Shown here piece after piece: positions 12,501-27,100 of a DNA stretch of 64,000 nt. A program made the position numbers and the translations under genes. Numbering within the stretch: the first letter of the stretch is position 1; the number at the start of each line of letters is the position of its first letter. The stretch is from Balanoglossus misakiensis. Its lineage: Eukaryota; Animalia; Hemichordata. Location of the stretch: contig CM082578.2 of NCBI GenBank assembly GCA_040954595.2, forward strand, positions 1-64,000, given 5' to 3'. The notes under the pieces were generated by a model that searched no databases, was not told the DNA's origin, and saw only the letters and a list, made by a program, of their open reading frames with translations.

Positions 12501-13449
12501 TTAAATCAGTTCATTCAGAGTGCATGTTTTATAATAAGCACCATTTTTACATATAATGGAAATTTCATACATCATCAGATATCCAAATATGAAAAAATGA
12601 TTTAGATTTTAGATGATTGTCCTAAAGTAGCTGATATCTAATAAATGTAGTATTGAACCGTTCTGTCCCCCCCCCCCTACATTACATGCGGTACGCCGAT
12701 GTCAGCTTACCCATCAGTACTGCAGGCCGTGCCCACAACTAACGTCGGTGTTTGAAACGCCCTGGTTAAATTCGGGCTTTCTCTATAAATTGACAGCCAA
12801 TAATGTAGTCCTACCGGAACAAATGTCGAGTGTTGACCCGCTGTGACTTTCCCTCTTCGGTTTGCCCGACTTAGCCAACGTCTTTGTACTAATGTGTCGG
12901 GTCTTTTGCAGAGCCAGGCCGAAGGAAATCAGACTTGATCACCGTTGCTAACGAACGCTAGTGTCTGTCATGGTGTGCCGGGGTTTTAGTCGAGCCAGGC
13001 CGTAGGAGATCTGACTTGATTATCGTGGTCAATGTACGCGTGTTTCCGCTCTAAAGGGCCGGGGCTTCAGCTACACCAGGCCGTAGGAAATCCGACGTAA
13101 TCACCGTTGATAACTTACGCCAGTCTGTGTCATATAGAGCCGGTGCACCAGCCGAGTCACGCCGTAGGAAATCTTACTTGATCAACGTGGTCAATGTACG
13201 CCTGTTTCTGCTCTAGAGTGCCGGGGCTTCAGCTGAGCCAGGCCGTGGGAAACCCGACGTGATTACCGTTGTTAACTTACGCCAGTTTGTGTCCTATATA
13301 TAGTGCCGGGGCATCAGCCGTGCCAGGCTGAAGGAAATGTGAGTAGATCAACGTGGTCTCTGTACGCGTGTTTCTGCTCTAGAGTGCCAGGGCTTTAGCC
13401 AAGCCATGCCGTAGGAAATCTGACTTGATCAACGTTGCTAACGAACGCT

Positions 13450-13639
13450 CAATATTTTTAAGCGTAATTTGAAAACATACCTTTTTACTCGGTTTTATGT
13501 GTAACGTGTTCGATTGTGTCCTTTTAACTATTTTTACCAGCCTTGTATTTTTTAATCTACTGTTTTAGCTGTGCACAATGCGCTGAGACGTATGTGTAGC
13601 GCATTTTAAACAATTCTTAATAATAATAATAATAATAAT
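13450..13639 (+). mobile_element. 5'-truncated L2/CR1-group LINE 3' end (190 bp), copy 1
   Basis: TSD aacgct at 13444-13449 and 13640-13645. Bases 13451-13504 read NIFKRNLKTYLFTRFYV*, matching the FKxxLKTxLF C-terminus typical of L2/CR1-group ORF2. A 3' stem-loop aatgcgct/agcgcatt (13577-13605) precedes a (TAA)n tail. Confidence 0.88.
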
Positions 13640-15533
13640 AACGCTAGTGTCTGTCATAGTGTGCCGGGGTTTTAGTCGAGCCAAGCCGTAGGAGATCAGA
13701 CTTGATCAACGTGGTCTCTGTACGCGTGTTTCTGCTCTAGAGTGCCGGGGCTTTATCCAACCCATGCCGTTGAAAATCTGACTTGATCACCGTTGCTAAC
13801 GTACGCTAGTGTCTGTCATATTGTGACGAGATTTAGCCGAGCCAGGCCGTAGAAAAATCGACTTGTTCAACGTTATCAGTGTGCAACTGTTTCTGCTCTA
13901 GAGTGTCAGGGTTTTAGCCGACTTATGCTGTAGGAAATCTGAGTTGATGAACGGGAATTCAATGTTAGAAAACCCGTGTGGAAAGTATCTCTACCCGTTT
14001 GAAACTAAGAAAAGAATTTATTCTTATTTATTTTTTAAAAAAGACAATTTTTCGAAAACAAGTCGAAAATGGTAATTTTGTCTTGGGTGATTCAAATTAT
14101 ACCACATTTTCTGGAATTTGCAGCACTTTTTACAAGAGAACGACACTTCATGCTCCATAATATTTCCGAAAATGAAGAAAAGAGTTTATTTTTTATGATT
14201 TTTTTAAAAATGTACCATTTTGTAAAAATATGGCCAAAATGGCTATTTTTTCTTGAATTCCGTCAATATCTCTGCATTTTTGGAGTGGTCGAAAGTTTTA
14301 ACATACAATCAACATGTCATATATGATCAGGGCACCAAATTCGAAGAACGAAGGTTTTTTTATTTTATTTTTCTAAAAATGACATTTTCAAGGAAAATTT
14401 GGTAAAACGCAATTTTGTCTGCAGTGAGCCAAATTAGACGGTCTTTTGTGGAATTTGTATCGATATATATATACGAAGAGCATTCTATACTCCATCAGAT
14501 TTCCGAAAATGTAGAAAACAGGTATTTTTTGTAATTTTCAAAAATTTACCATTTTGCCAAATTGTGGTTAAATTGTTATTTTCGTGTTGAATGCCGCCAG
14601 TGTCACTGCTTTTAAATGTCATAAAAACTTTTAACATGCAAGCAATTGCTTATATATGATCAGGCCACCGAATTAAAAAAATAAAGAATGTTTTGCCTAA
14701 AAATGACCTTTTTGGTGCAAAAACGAATAAAACGCAATTTTGTATTAAATCAGCTCATTCAGAGTGCATTTTTTATAATCAGCACCATTTTTACATATAT
14801 TGGAAATTTCATACATCATCAGATATCCAAATATGAAAAAATGATTTAGATTTTAGATGATTGTCCAAAATTAGCTGATATCTAATAAATGTAGTATTGA
14901 ACCGTTCTGTCCCCCCCCCCCCTTACATTATATGCGGTACGCCGATGTCAGCTTACCCGGCAGTACTGCAGGCCGTGCCCCCAAATAACGTCGGTGTTTG
15001 AAACGCCCTGGTTAAATTCGGGCTTTCTCTATAAATTGACAGGCAATAATGCAGTCCTACCCGAACAAATGTCGAGTGTTGACCCGCTGTGACTTTCCCT
15101 CTTCGGTTTGCCCGACTTAGCCAACGTCTTTGTACTAATGTGTCGTGTCTTTTGCAGAGCCAGGCCGAAGGAAATCAGACTTGATCACCGTTGCTAACGA
15201 ACGCTAGTGTCTGTCATGGTGTGCCGGGGTTTTAGTCGAGCCAGGCCGTAGGAGATCTGCCTTGATCATCGTGGTCAATGTACGCGTGTTTCCGCTCTAA
15301 AGTGCCGGGGCTTCAGCTAAACCAGGCCGTAGGAAATCCGACGTAATCACCGTTGTTAACTTACGCCAGTCTGTGTCCTATATATAGTGCCGGGGCATCA
15401 GCCGTGCCAGGCCGAAGGAAATGTTAGTCGATCAACGTGGTCTCTGTACGCGTGTTTCTGCTCTAGAGTGTCAGGGCTTTAGCAAAGCCATGCCGTAGGA
15501 AATCTGACTTGATCAACGTTGCTAACGAACGCT

Positions 15534-15723
15534 CAATATTTTTAAGCGTAATTTGAAAACATACCTTTTTACTCGGTTTTATGTGTAACGTGTTCGATTG
15601 TGTCCTTTTAACTATTTTTACCAGCCTTGTATTTTTTAATCTACTGTTTTAGCTGTGCACAATGCGCTGAGACGTATGTGTAGCGCATTTTAAACAATTC
15701 TTAATAATAATAATAATAATAAT
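15534..15723 (+). mobile_element. 5'-truncated L2/CR1-group LINE 3' end, copy 2
   Basis: Same sequence, truncation point, monomer position and TSD (aacgct at 15528-15533 and 15724-15729) as copy 1. Confidence 0.88.
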
Positions 15724-18700
15724 AACGCTAGTGTCTGTCATAGTGTGCCGGGGTTTTAGTCGAGCCAAGCCGTAGGAGATCAGACTTGATCAACGTGGTC
15801 TCTGTACGCGTGTTTCTGCTCTAGAGTGCCGGGGCTTTATCCAACCCATGCCGTTGAAAATCTGACTTGATCACCGTTGCTAACGTACGCTAGTGTCTGT
15901 CATATTGTGACGAGATTTAGCCGAGCCAGGCCGTAGAAAAATCGACTTGTTCAACGTTATCAGTGTGCAACTGTTTCTGCTCTAGAGTGTCAGGGTTTTA
16001 GCCGACTTATGCTGTAGGAAATCTGAGTTGATGAACGGGAATTCAATGTTAGAAAACCCGTGTGGAAAGTATCTCTACCCGTTTGAAACTAAGAAAAGAA
16101 TTTATTCTTATTTATTTTTTAAAAAAGACAATTTTTCGAAAACAAGTCGAAAATGGTAATTTTGTCTTGGGTGATTCAAATTATACCACATTTTCTGGAA
16201 TTTGCAGCACTTTTTACAAGAGAACGACACTTCATGCTCCATAATATTTCCGAAAATGAAGAAAAGAGTTTATTTTTTATGATTTTTTTAAAAATGTACC
16301 ATTTTGTCAAAATATGGCCAAAATGGCTATTTTTTCTTGAATTCCGTCAATATCTCTGCATTTTTGGAGTGGTCGAAAGTTTTAACATACAATCAACATG
16401 TCATATATGATCAGGGCACCAAATTCGAAGAACGAAGGTTTTTTTATTTTATTTTTCTAAAAATGACATTTTCAAGGAAAATTTGGTAAAACGCAATTTT
16501 GTCTGCAGTGAGCCAAATTAGACGGTCTTTTGTGGAATTTGTATCGATATATATATACGAAGAGCATTCTATACTCCATCAGATTTCCGAAAATGTAGAA
16601 AACAGGTATTTTTTGTAATTTTCAAAAATTTACCATTTTGCCAAATTGTGGTTAAATTGTTATTTTCGTGTTGAATGCCGCCAGTGTCACTGCTTTTAAA
16701 TGTCATAAAAACTTTTAACATGCAAGCAATTGCTTATATATGATCAGGCCACCGAATTAAAAAAATAAAGAATGTTTTGCCTAAAAATGACCTTTTTGGT
16801 GCAAAAACGAATAAAACGCAATTTTGTATTAAATCAGCTCATTCAGAGTGCATTTTTTATAATCAGCACCATTTTTACATATATTGGAAATTTCATACAT
16901 CATCAGATATCCAAATATGAAAAAATGATTTAGATTTTAGATGATTGTCTAAAATTAGCTGATATCTAATAAATGTTGTATTGAACCGTTCTGTCCCCCC
17001 CCCCCCCCCCTTACATTATATGCGGTACGCCGATGTCAGCTTACCCGGCAGTACTGCAGGCCGTGCCCCCAAATAACGTCGGTGTTTGAAACGCCCTGGT
17101 TAAATTCGGGCTTTCTCTATAAATTGACAGGCAATAATGCAGTCCTACCCGAACAAATGTCGAGTGTTGACCCGCTGTGACTTTCCCTCTTCGGTTTGCC
17201 CGACTTAGCCAACGTCTTTGTACTAATGTGTCGTGTCTTTTGCAGAGCCAGGCCGAAGGAAATCAGACTTGATCACCGTTGCTAACGAACGCTAGTGTCT
17301 GTCATGGTGTGCCGGGGTTTTAGTCGAGCCAGGCCGTAGGAGATCTGACTTGATCATCGTGGTCAATGTACGCGTGTTTCCGCTTTTAAGTGCCGGGGCT
17401 TCAGCTAAACCATGCCGTAGGAAATCCGACGTAATCACCGTTGATAACTTACGCCAGTCTGTGTCATATAGAGCCGGTGCACCAGCCGAATCACGACGTA
17501 GGAAATCTTACTTGATCAACGTGGTCAATGTACGCCTGTTTCTGCTCTAGAGTGCCGGGGCTTCAGCTGAGCCAGGCCGTGGGAAACCCGACGTGATTAC
17601 CGTTGTTAACTTACGCCAGTTTGTGTCCTATATATAGTGCCGGGGCATCAGCCGTGCCAGGCCGAAGGAAATGTGAGTAGATCAACGTGGTCTCTGTACG
17701 CGTGTTTCTGCTCTAGAGTGCCAGGGCTTTAGCCAAGCCATGCCGTAGGAAATCTGACTTGATCAACGTTGCTAACGAACGCTAATGTCTGTCATAGTGT
17801 GCCGGGGTTTTAGTCGAGCCAAGCCGTAGGAGATCAGACTTGATCAACGTGGTCTCTGTACGCGTGTTTCTGCTCTAGAGTGCCGGGGCTTTATCCAACC
17901 CATGCCGTAGAAAATCTGACTTGATCACCGTTGCTAACGTACGCTAGTGTCTGTCATATTGTGACGGAGATTTAGCCGAGCCAGGCCGTAGAAAAATCGA
18001 CTTGTTCAACGTTACCAGTGTGCAACTGTTTCTGCTCTAGAGTGTCAGGGTTTTAGCCGACTTATGCTGTAGGAAATCTGAGTTGATGAACGGGAATTCA
18101 ATGTTAGAAAACCCGTGTGGAAAGTATCTCTACCCGTTTGAAACTAAGAAAAGAATTTATTCTTATTTATTTTGTAAAAAAGACAATTTTTCGAAAAAAA
18201 GTCGAAAAATTGCAATTTTGTCTTGGGTGATTCAAATTATACCGCCTTTTCTGGAATTTGCAGCACTTTTTACAAGAGAACGACACTTCATGCTCCATAA
18301 TATTTCCGAAAATGAAGAAAAGAGTTAATTTTTTATGATTTTTCAAAAATTTACCATTTTTGTCAAAATATGGCCAAAATGGCTATTTTTCTTGAATTCC
18401 GTCAATATCTCTGCATTTTTGGAGTGGTCGAGAGTTTTAACATACAATCAACATGTCATATATGATCAGGGCACCAAATTCGAAGAATAAAGGTTTTTTT
18501 ATTTTTTTTTCTAAAAATGACATTTTCAAGGAAAATTTGGTAAAACGCAATTTTGTCTGCAGTGAGCCAAATTAGACGGTCTTTTGTGGAATTTGTATCG
18601 ATATATACATACGAAGAGCATTCTATACTCCATCAGATTTCCGAAAATGTAGAAAACAGGTATTTTTTGTAATTTTCAAAAATTTACCATTTTGACCAAA

Positions 18701-20870
18701 TTGTGGCTAAACTTGTTATTTTCTTGATGAATGCCGCCAGTGTCACTGCTTTTAAAAGCCATAAAAACTTTTAACACACAAGCAATTGTTTATATATGAT
18801 CAGGTCACCGAATTAAAAATATAAAGAATGTTTTGCCTAAAAATGACCTTTTCGGTGCAAAAACGAATAAAACGCAATCTTGTATTAAATCAGTTCATTC
18901 AGAGTGCATGTTTTATAATAAGCACCATTTTTACATATAATGGAAATTTCATACATCATCAGATATCCAAATATGAAAAAATGATTTAGATTTTAGATGA
19001 TTGTCCAAAATTAGCTGATATCTAATAAATGTAGTATTGAACCGTTCTGTCCCCCCCCCCCCCCTTACATTATATGCGGTACGCCGATGTCAGCTTACCC
19101 GGCAGTACTGTAGGCCGTGCCCCCAACAAACGTCGGTGTTTGAAACGCCCTGGTTAAATTCGGGCTCTCTCTATAAATCGACAGGCAATAATGCAGTCCT
19201 ACCGGAACAAATGTCGAGTGTTGACCCGCTGCGACTTTCCCTCTTCGGTTTGCCCAACTTAGCCAACGTCTTTGTACTAGAGTGTCGGGTGTTTTGCAGA
19301 GCCAGGCCGAAGGAAATCCGACTTGATCACCGTTGCTAACGAACGCTAGTGTCTGTCATGGTGTGCCGGGGTTTTAGTCGAGCCAGGCCGTAGGAGATCT
19401 GACTGGATCATCGTGGTCAATGTACGCGTGTTTCCGCTCTAAAGTGCCGGGGCTTGAGCTAAACCAGGCCGTAGGAAATCCGACGTAATCACCGTTGATA
19501 ACTTACGCCAGTCTGTGTCATATAGAGCCGGTGCACCAGCGGAGTCACGCCGTAGGACATCTGACTTGATCAACGTGGTCAATGTACGCCTGTTTCTGTT
19601 CTAGAGTGCCGGGGCTTCAGCTGAGCCAGGCCGTAGGAAACCCGACGTGATTACCGTTGTTAACTTACGCCAGTCTGTGTCCTATATATAGTGCCGGGGC
19701 ATCAGCTGTGCCAGGCCGAAGGAAATGGGAGTAGATCAACGTGGTCTCTGTACGCGTGTTTCTGCTCTAGAGTGCCAGGGCTTTAGCCAAGCCATGCCGT
19801 AGGAAATCTGACTTGATCAACGTTGCTAACGAACGCTAGTGTCTGTCATAGTGTGCCGGGGTTTTAGTCGAGCCAAGCCGTAGGAGATCAGACTTGATCA
19901 ACGTGGTCTCTGTACGCGTGTTTCTGCTCTAGAGAGCCGGGGCTTTATCCCAGCCATGCCGTAGAAAATCTGACTTGATCACCGTTGCTAACGTGCGCTA
20001 GTGTCTGTCATATTGTGACGGAGATTTAGCCGAGCCAGGCCGTAGAAAAATCGACTTGTTCAACGTTACCATTGTGCAACTGTTTCTGCTCTAGAGTGTC
20101 AGGGTTTTAGCCGACTTATGCTGTAGGAAATCTGAGTTGATGAATGGGAATTCAATGTTAAAAAACCTGTGTGGAAAGTGTCTCTACCCTTTTGAAACTA
20201 AGAAAATAATTTATTCTTATTTATTTTGTAAAAATCACAATTTTTTCGAAAAAAAGTCGAAAATGGTAATTTTGTCATGGGTGATTCAAATTATACCGCC
20301 TTTTCTGGAATTTGCAGCACTTTTTACAAGAGAACGACACTTCATGCTCCATAATATTTCCGAAAATGAAGAAAAGAGTTAATTTTTTATGATTTTTTAA
20401 AAATTTACCATTTTTGTCAAAATATGGCCAAAATGGCTATTTTTTCTTGAATTCCGTCAATATCTCTGCATTTTTGGAGTGGTCGAAAGTTTTAACATAC
20501 AATCAACATGTCATATATGATCAGGGCACCAAATTCGAAGAACAAAGGTTTTTTTTATTTTTTTTTTCTAAAAATGACATTTTCAAGGAAAATTTGGTAA
20601 AACGCAATTTTGTCTGCAGTGAGCCAAATTGGCCGTTTTTTTGTGGAATTTGTATCGATATATGTAAACGAAGAGCATTCTATACTCCATCAGATTTCCG
20701 AAAATGTAGAAAACAGGTATTTTTTGTAATTTTCAAAAATTTACCATTTTGACCGAATTGTGGCTAAAATTGTTATTTTCGTGTTGAATGCCGCCAGTGT
20801 CACTGCTTTTAAAAGTCATTAAAACTTTTAACATACAAGCAATTGTTTATATATGATCAGGTCACCGAAT

Positions 20871-21927
20871 TTGATCAACGTGGTCAATGTACGCCTGTTT
20901 CTGATCTAGAGTGCCGGGGCTTCAGCTGAGCCAGGCCGAAGGAAATGTGAGTAGATCAACGTGGTTTCTGTACGCGTGTTTCTGCTCTAGAGTGCCAGGG
21001 CTTTAGCCAAGCCATGCCGTAGGAAATCTGACTTGATCAACGTTGCTAACGAACGCTAGTGTCTGTCATATTGTGACGGAGATTTAGCCGAGCCAGGCCG
21101 TAGAAAAATCGACTTGTTCAACGTTACCAGTGTGCAACTGTTTCTGCTCTAGAGTGTCAGGGTTTTAGCCGACTTATGCTGTAGGAAATCTGAGTTGATG
21201 AATGGGAATTCAATGTTAAAAAACCTGTGTGGAAAGTGTCTCTACCCTTTTGAAACTAAGAAAATAATTTATTCTTATTTATTTTGTAAAAATCACAATT
21301 TTTCGAAAAAAAGTCGAAAATGGTAATTTTGTCATGGGTGATTCAAATTATACCGCCTTTTCTGGAATTTGCAGCACTTTTTACAAGAGAACGACACTTC
21401 ATGCTCCATAATATTTCCGAAAATGAAGAAAAGAGTTAATTTTTTATGATTTTTTAAAAATTTACCATTTTTGTCAAAATATGGCCAAAATGGCTATTTT
21501 TTCTTGAATTCCGTCAATATCTCTGCATTTTTGGAGTGGTCGAAAGTTTTAACATACAATCAACATGTCATATATGATCAGGGCACCAAATTCGAAGAAC
21601 AAAGGTTTTTTTTATTTTTTTTTCTAAAAATGACATTTTCAAGGAAAATTTGGTAAAACGCAATTTTGTCTGCAGTGAGCCAAATTGGCCGTTTTTTTGT
21701 GGAATTTGTATCGATATATGTATACGAAGAGCATTCTATACTCCATCAGATTTCCGAAAATGTAGAAAACAGGTATTTTTTGTAATTTTCAAAAATTTAC
21801 CATTTTGACCGAATTGTGGCTAAAATTGTTATTTTCGTGTTGAATGCCGCCAGTGTCACTGCTTTTAAAAGTCATTAAAACTTTTAACATACAAGCAATT
21901 GTTTATATATGATCAGGTCACCGAATT
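20871..21927 (+). repeat. ~1056-bp deletion-derivative monomer (same junction at ~20870, ~21926 and ~28362)
   Basis: The junction caccgaatttgatcaacg fuses the AT domain to the middle of the GC domain. Landmark spacings are 20414-21471-22527 and 27906-28963. Confidence 0.9.
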
Positions 21928-24005
21928 TGATCAACGTGGTCAATGTACGCCTGTTTCTGATCTAGAGTGCCGGGGCTTCAGCTGAGCCAGGCCGAAGGAA
22001 ATGTGAGTAGATCAACGTGGTTTCTGTACGCGTGTTTCTGCTCTAGAGTGCCAGGGCTTTAGCCAAGCCATGCCGTAGGAAATCTGACTTGATCAACGTT
22101 GCTAACGAACGCTAGTGTCTGTCATATTGTGACGGAGATTTAGCCGAGCCAGGCCGTAGAAAAATCGACTTGTTCAACGTTACCAGTGTGCAACTGTTTC
22201 TGCTCTAGAGTGTCAGGGTTTTAGCCGACTTATGCTGTAGGAAATCTGAGTTGATGAATGGGAATTCAATGTGAAAAAACCTGTGTGGAAAGTGTCTCTA
22301 CCCTTTTGAAACTAAGAAAATAATTTATTCTTATTTATTTTGTAAAAATCACAATTTTTCGAAAAAAAGTCGAAAATGGTAATTTTGTCATGGGTGATTC
22401 AAATTATACCGCCTTTTCTGGAATTTGCAGCACTTTTTACAAGAGAACGACACTTCATGCTCCATAATATTTCCGAAAATGAAGAAAAGAGTTAATTTTT
22501 TATGATTTTTTAAAAATTTACCATTTTTGTCAAAATATGGCCAAAATGGCTATTTTTTCTTGAATTCCGTCAATATCTCTGCATTTTTGGAGTGGTCGAA
22601 AGTTTTAACATACAATCAACATGTCATATATGATCAGGGCACCAAATTCGAAGAACAAAGGTTGTTTTTATTTTTTTTTCTAAAAATGACATTTTCAAGG
22701 AAAATTTGGTAAAACGCAATTTTGTCTGCAGTGAGCCAAATTGGCCGTTTTTTTGTGGAATTTGTATCGATATATGTATACGAAGAGCATTCTATACTCC
22801 ATCAGATTTCCGAAAATGTAGAAAACAGGTATTTTTTGTAATTTTCAAAAATTTACCATTTTGACCGAATTGTGGCTAAAATTGTTATTTTCGTGTTGAA
22901 TGCCGCCAGTGTCACTGCTTTTAAAAGTCATTAAAACTTTTAACATACAAGCAATTGTTTATATATGATCAGGTCACCGAATTTAAAGAATAAAGAATGT
23001 TTTCCCTAAAAATGACCTTTTTGGTGCAAAAACGAATAAAACGCAATTTCGTATTAAATCAGCTCATTCAGAGTGCATTTTTTAAAATCAGCACCATTTT
23101 TACATATAATGGAAATTTCATACATCATCAGATATCCAAATATGAAAAAATGATTTAGATTTTAGATGATTGTCCAAAAGTAGCTGATATCTAATAAATA
23201 TAGTATTGAACCGTTCTGTTCCCCCCCCCCCCCCTACATTAAATGCGGTACGCCGATGTCAGCTTACCCGTCAGTACTGCAGGCCGTGCCCACAACTAAC
23301 GTCGGTGTTTGAAACGCCCTGGTTAAATTCGGGCTTTCTCTATAAATTGACAGGCAATAATGTAGTCCTACCATTACAAATGTCGAGTGTTGACCCGCTG
23401 TGACTTTCCCTCTTCGGTTTGCCTGACTTAGCCAACGTCTTTGTACTAGAGTGTCGGGTGTTTTGCAGAGCCAGGCCGAAGGAAATCCGACTTGATCACC
23501 GTTGCTAACGAACGCTAGTGTCTGTCATGGTGTGCCGGGGTTTTAGTCGAGCCAGGCCGTAGGAGATCTGACTGGATCATCGTGGTCAATGTACGCGTGT
23601 TTCCGCTCTAAAGTGCCGGGGCTTCAGCTAAACCAGGCCGTAGGAAATCCGACGTAATCACCGTTGATAACTTACGCCAGTCTGTGTCATATAGAGCCGG
23701 TGCACCAGCCGAGTCACGCCGTAGGAATTTAATTTGATCAACGTGGTCAATGTACGCCTGTTTCTGCTCTAGAGTGCCGGGGCTTCAGCTGAGCCAGGCC
23801 GTAGGAAACCCGACGTGATTACCGTTGTTAACTTACGCCAGTCTGTGTCCTATATATAGTGCCGGGGCATCAGCCGTGCCAGGCCGAAGGAAATGTTAGT
23901 CGATCAACGTGGTCTCTGTACGCGTGTTTCTGCTCTAGAGTGTCAGGGCTTTAGCAAAGCCATGCCGTAGGAAATCTGACTTGATCAACGTTGCTAACGA
24001 ACGCT

Positions 24006-24198
24006 CAATATTTTTAAGCGTAATTTGAAAACATACCTTTTTACTCGGTTTTATGTGTAACGTGTTCGATTGTGTCCTTTTAACTATTTTTACCAGCCTT
24101 GTATTTTTTAATCTACTGTTTTAGCTGTGCACAATGCGCTGAGACGTATGTGTAGCGCATTTTAAACAATTCTTAATAATAATAATAATAATAATAAT
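24006..24198 (+). mobile_element. 5'-truncated L2/CR1-group LINE 3' end, copy 3
   Basis: Same as copy 1 with one extra TAA. TSD aacgct at 24000-24005 and 24199-24204. Confidence 0.88.
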
Positions 24199-27100
24199 AA
24201 CGCTAGTGTCTGTCATAGTGTGCCGGGGTTTTAGTCGAGCCAAGCCGTAGGAGATCAGACTTGATCAACGTGGTCTCTGTACGCGTGTTTCTGCTCTAGA
24301 GTGCCGGGGCTTTATCCAACCCATGCCGTTGAAAATCTGACTTGATCACCGTTGCTAACGTACGCTAGTGTCTGTCATATTGTGACGAGATTTAGCCGAG
24401 CCAGGCCGTAGAAAAATCGACTTGTTCAACGTTATCAGTGTGCAACTGTTTCTGCTCTAGAGTGTCAGGGTTTTAGCCGACTTATGCTGTAGGAAATCTG
24501 AGTTGATGAACGGGAATTCAATGTTAGAAAACCCGTGTGGAAAGTATCTCTACCCGTTTGAAACTAAGAAAAGAATTTATTCTTATTTATTTTTTAAAAA
24601 AGACAATTTTTCGAAAACAAGTCGAAAATGGTAATTTTGTCTTGGGTGATTCAAATTATACCACATTTTCTGGAATTTGCAGCACTTTTTACAAGAGAAC
24701 GACACTTCATGCTCCATAATATTTCCGAAAATGAAGAAAAGAGTTTATTTTTTATGATTTTTTTAAAAATGTACCATTTTGTCAAAATATGGCCAAAATG
24801 GCTATTTTTTCTTGAATTCCGTCAATATCTCTGCATTTTTGGAGTGGTCGAAAGTTTTAACATACAATCAACATGTCATATATGATCAGGGCACCAAATT
24901 CGAAGAACGAAGGTTTTTTTATTTTATTTTTCTAAAAATGACATTTTCAAGGAAAATTTGGTAAAACGCAATTTTGTCTGCAGTGAGCCAAATTAGACGG
25001 TCTTTTGTGGAATTTGTATCGATATATATATACGAAGAGCATTCTATACTCCATCAGATTTCCGAAAATGTAGAAAACAGGTATTTTTTGTAATTTTCAA
25101 AAATTTACCATTTTGACCAAATTGTGGTTAAATTGTTATTTTCGTGTTGAATGCCGCCAGTGTCACTGCTTTTAAATGTCATAAAAACTTTTAACATGCA
25201 AGCAATTGCTTATATATGATCAGGCCACCGAATTAAAAAAATAAAGAATGTTTTGCCTAAAAATGACCTTTTTGGTGCAAAAACGAATAAAACGCAATTT
25301 TGTATTAAATCAGCTCATTCAGAGTGCATTTTTTATAATCAGCACCATTTTTACATATATTGGAAATTTCATACATCATCAGATATCCAAATATGAAAAA
25401 ATGATTTAGATTTTAGATGATTGTCCAAAATTAGCTGATATCTAATAAATGTAGTATTGAACCGTTCTGTCCCCCCCCCCCCTTACATTATATGCGGTAC
25501 GCCGATGTCAGCTTACCCGGCAGTACTGCAGGCCGTGACCCAAATAACGTCGGTGTTTGAAACGCCCTGGTTAAATTCGGGCTTTCTCTATAAATTGACA
25601 GGCAATAATGCAGTCCTACCCGAACAAATGTCGAGTGTTGACCCGCTGTGACTTTCCCTCTTCGGTTTGCCCGACTTAGCCAACGTCTTTGTACTAATGT
25701 GTCGGGTCTTTTGCAGAGCCAGGCCGAAGGAAATCAGACTTGATCACCGTTGCTAACGAACGCTAGTGTCTGTCATGGTGTGCCGGGGTTTTAGTCGAGC
25801 CAGGCCGTAGGAGATCTGACTTGATCATCGTGGTCAATGTACGCGTGTTTCCGCTTTTAAGTGCCGGGGCTTCAGCTAAACCATGCCGTAGGAAATCCGA
25901 CGTAATCACCGTTGATAACTTACGCCAGTCTGTGTCATATAGAGCCGGTGCACCAGCCGAATCACGCCGTAGGAAATCTTACTTGATCAACGTGGTCAAT
26001 GTACGCCTGTTTCTGCTCTAGAGTGCCGGGGCTTCAGCTGAGCCAGGCCGTGGGAAACCCGACGTGATTACCGTTGTTAACTTACGCCAGTCTGTGTCAT
26101 ATAGAGCCGGTGCACCAGCGGAGTCACGCCGTAGGACATCTGACTTGATCAACGTGGTCAATGTACGCCTGTTTCTGTTCTAGAGTGCCAGGGCTTTAGC
26201 CAAGCCATGCCGTAGGAAATCTGACTTGATCAACGTTGCTAACGAACGCTAGTGTCTGTCATAGTGTGCCGGGGTTTTAGTCGAGCCAAGCCGTAGGAGA
26301 TCAGACTTGATCAACGTGGTCTCTGTACGCGTGTTTCTGCTCTAGAGTGCCGGGGCTTTATCCCAGCCATGCCGTAGAAAATCTGACTTGATCACCGTTG
26401 CTAACGTGCGCTAGTGTCTGTCATATTGTGACGGAGATTTAGCCGAGCCAGGCCGTAGAAAAATCGACTTGTTAAAAATATAAAGAATGTTTTGCCTAAA
26501 AATGACCTTTTCGGTGCAAAAACGAATAAAACGCAATCTTGTATTAAATCAGTTCATTCAGAGTGCATGTTTTATAATAAGCACCATTTTTACATATAAT
26601 GGAAATTTCATACATCATCAGATATCCAAATATGAAAAAATGATTTAGATTTTAGATGATTGTCCAAAATTAGCTGATATCTAATAAATGTAGTATTGAA
26701 CCGTTCTGTCCCCCCCCCCTTACATTATATGCGGTACGCCGATGTCAGCTTACCCGTCAGTACTGTAGGCCGTGCCCCCAACAAACGTCGGTGTTTGAAA
26801 CGCCCTGGTTAAATTCGGGCTCTCTCTATAAATCGACAGGCAATAATGCAGTCCTACCGGAACAAATGTCGAGTGTTGACCCGCTGCGACTTTCCCTCTT
26901 CGGTTTGCCCAACTTAGCCAACGTCTTTGTACTAGAGTGTCGGGTCTTTTGCAGAGCCATGCCGTAGAAAATCTGACTTGATCAACGTTGCTAACGAACG
27001 CTAGTGTCTGTCATAGTGTGCCGGGGTTTTAGTCGAGCCAAGCCGTAGGAGATCTGACTTGATCATCGTGGTCAATGTACGCGTGTTTCCGCTCTAAAGT

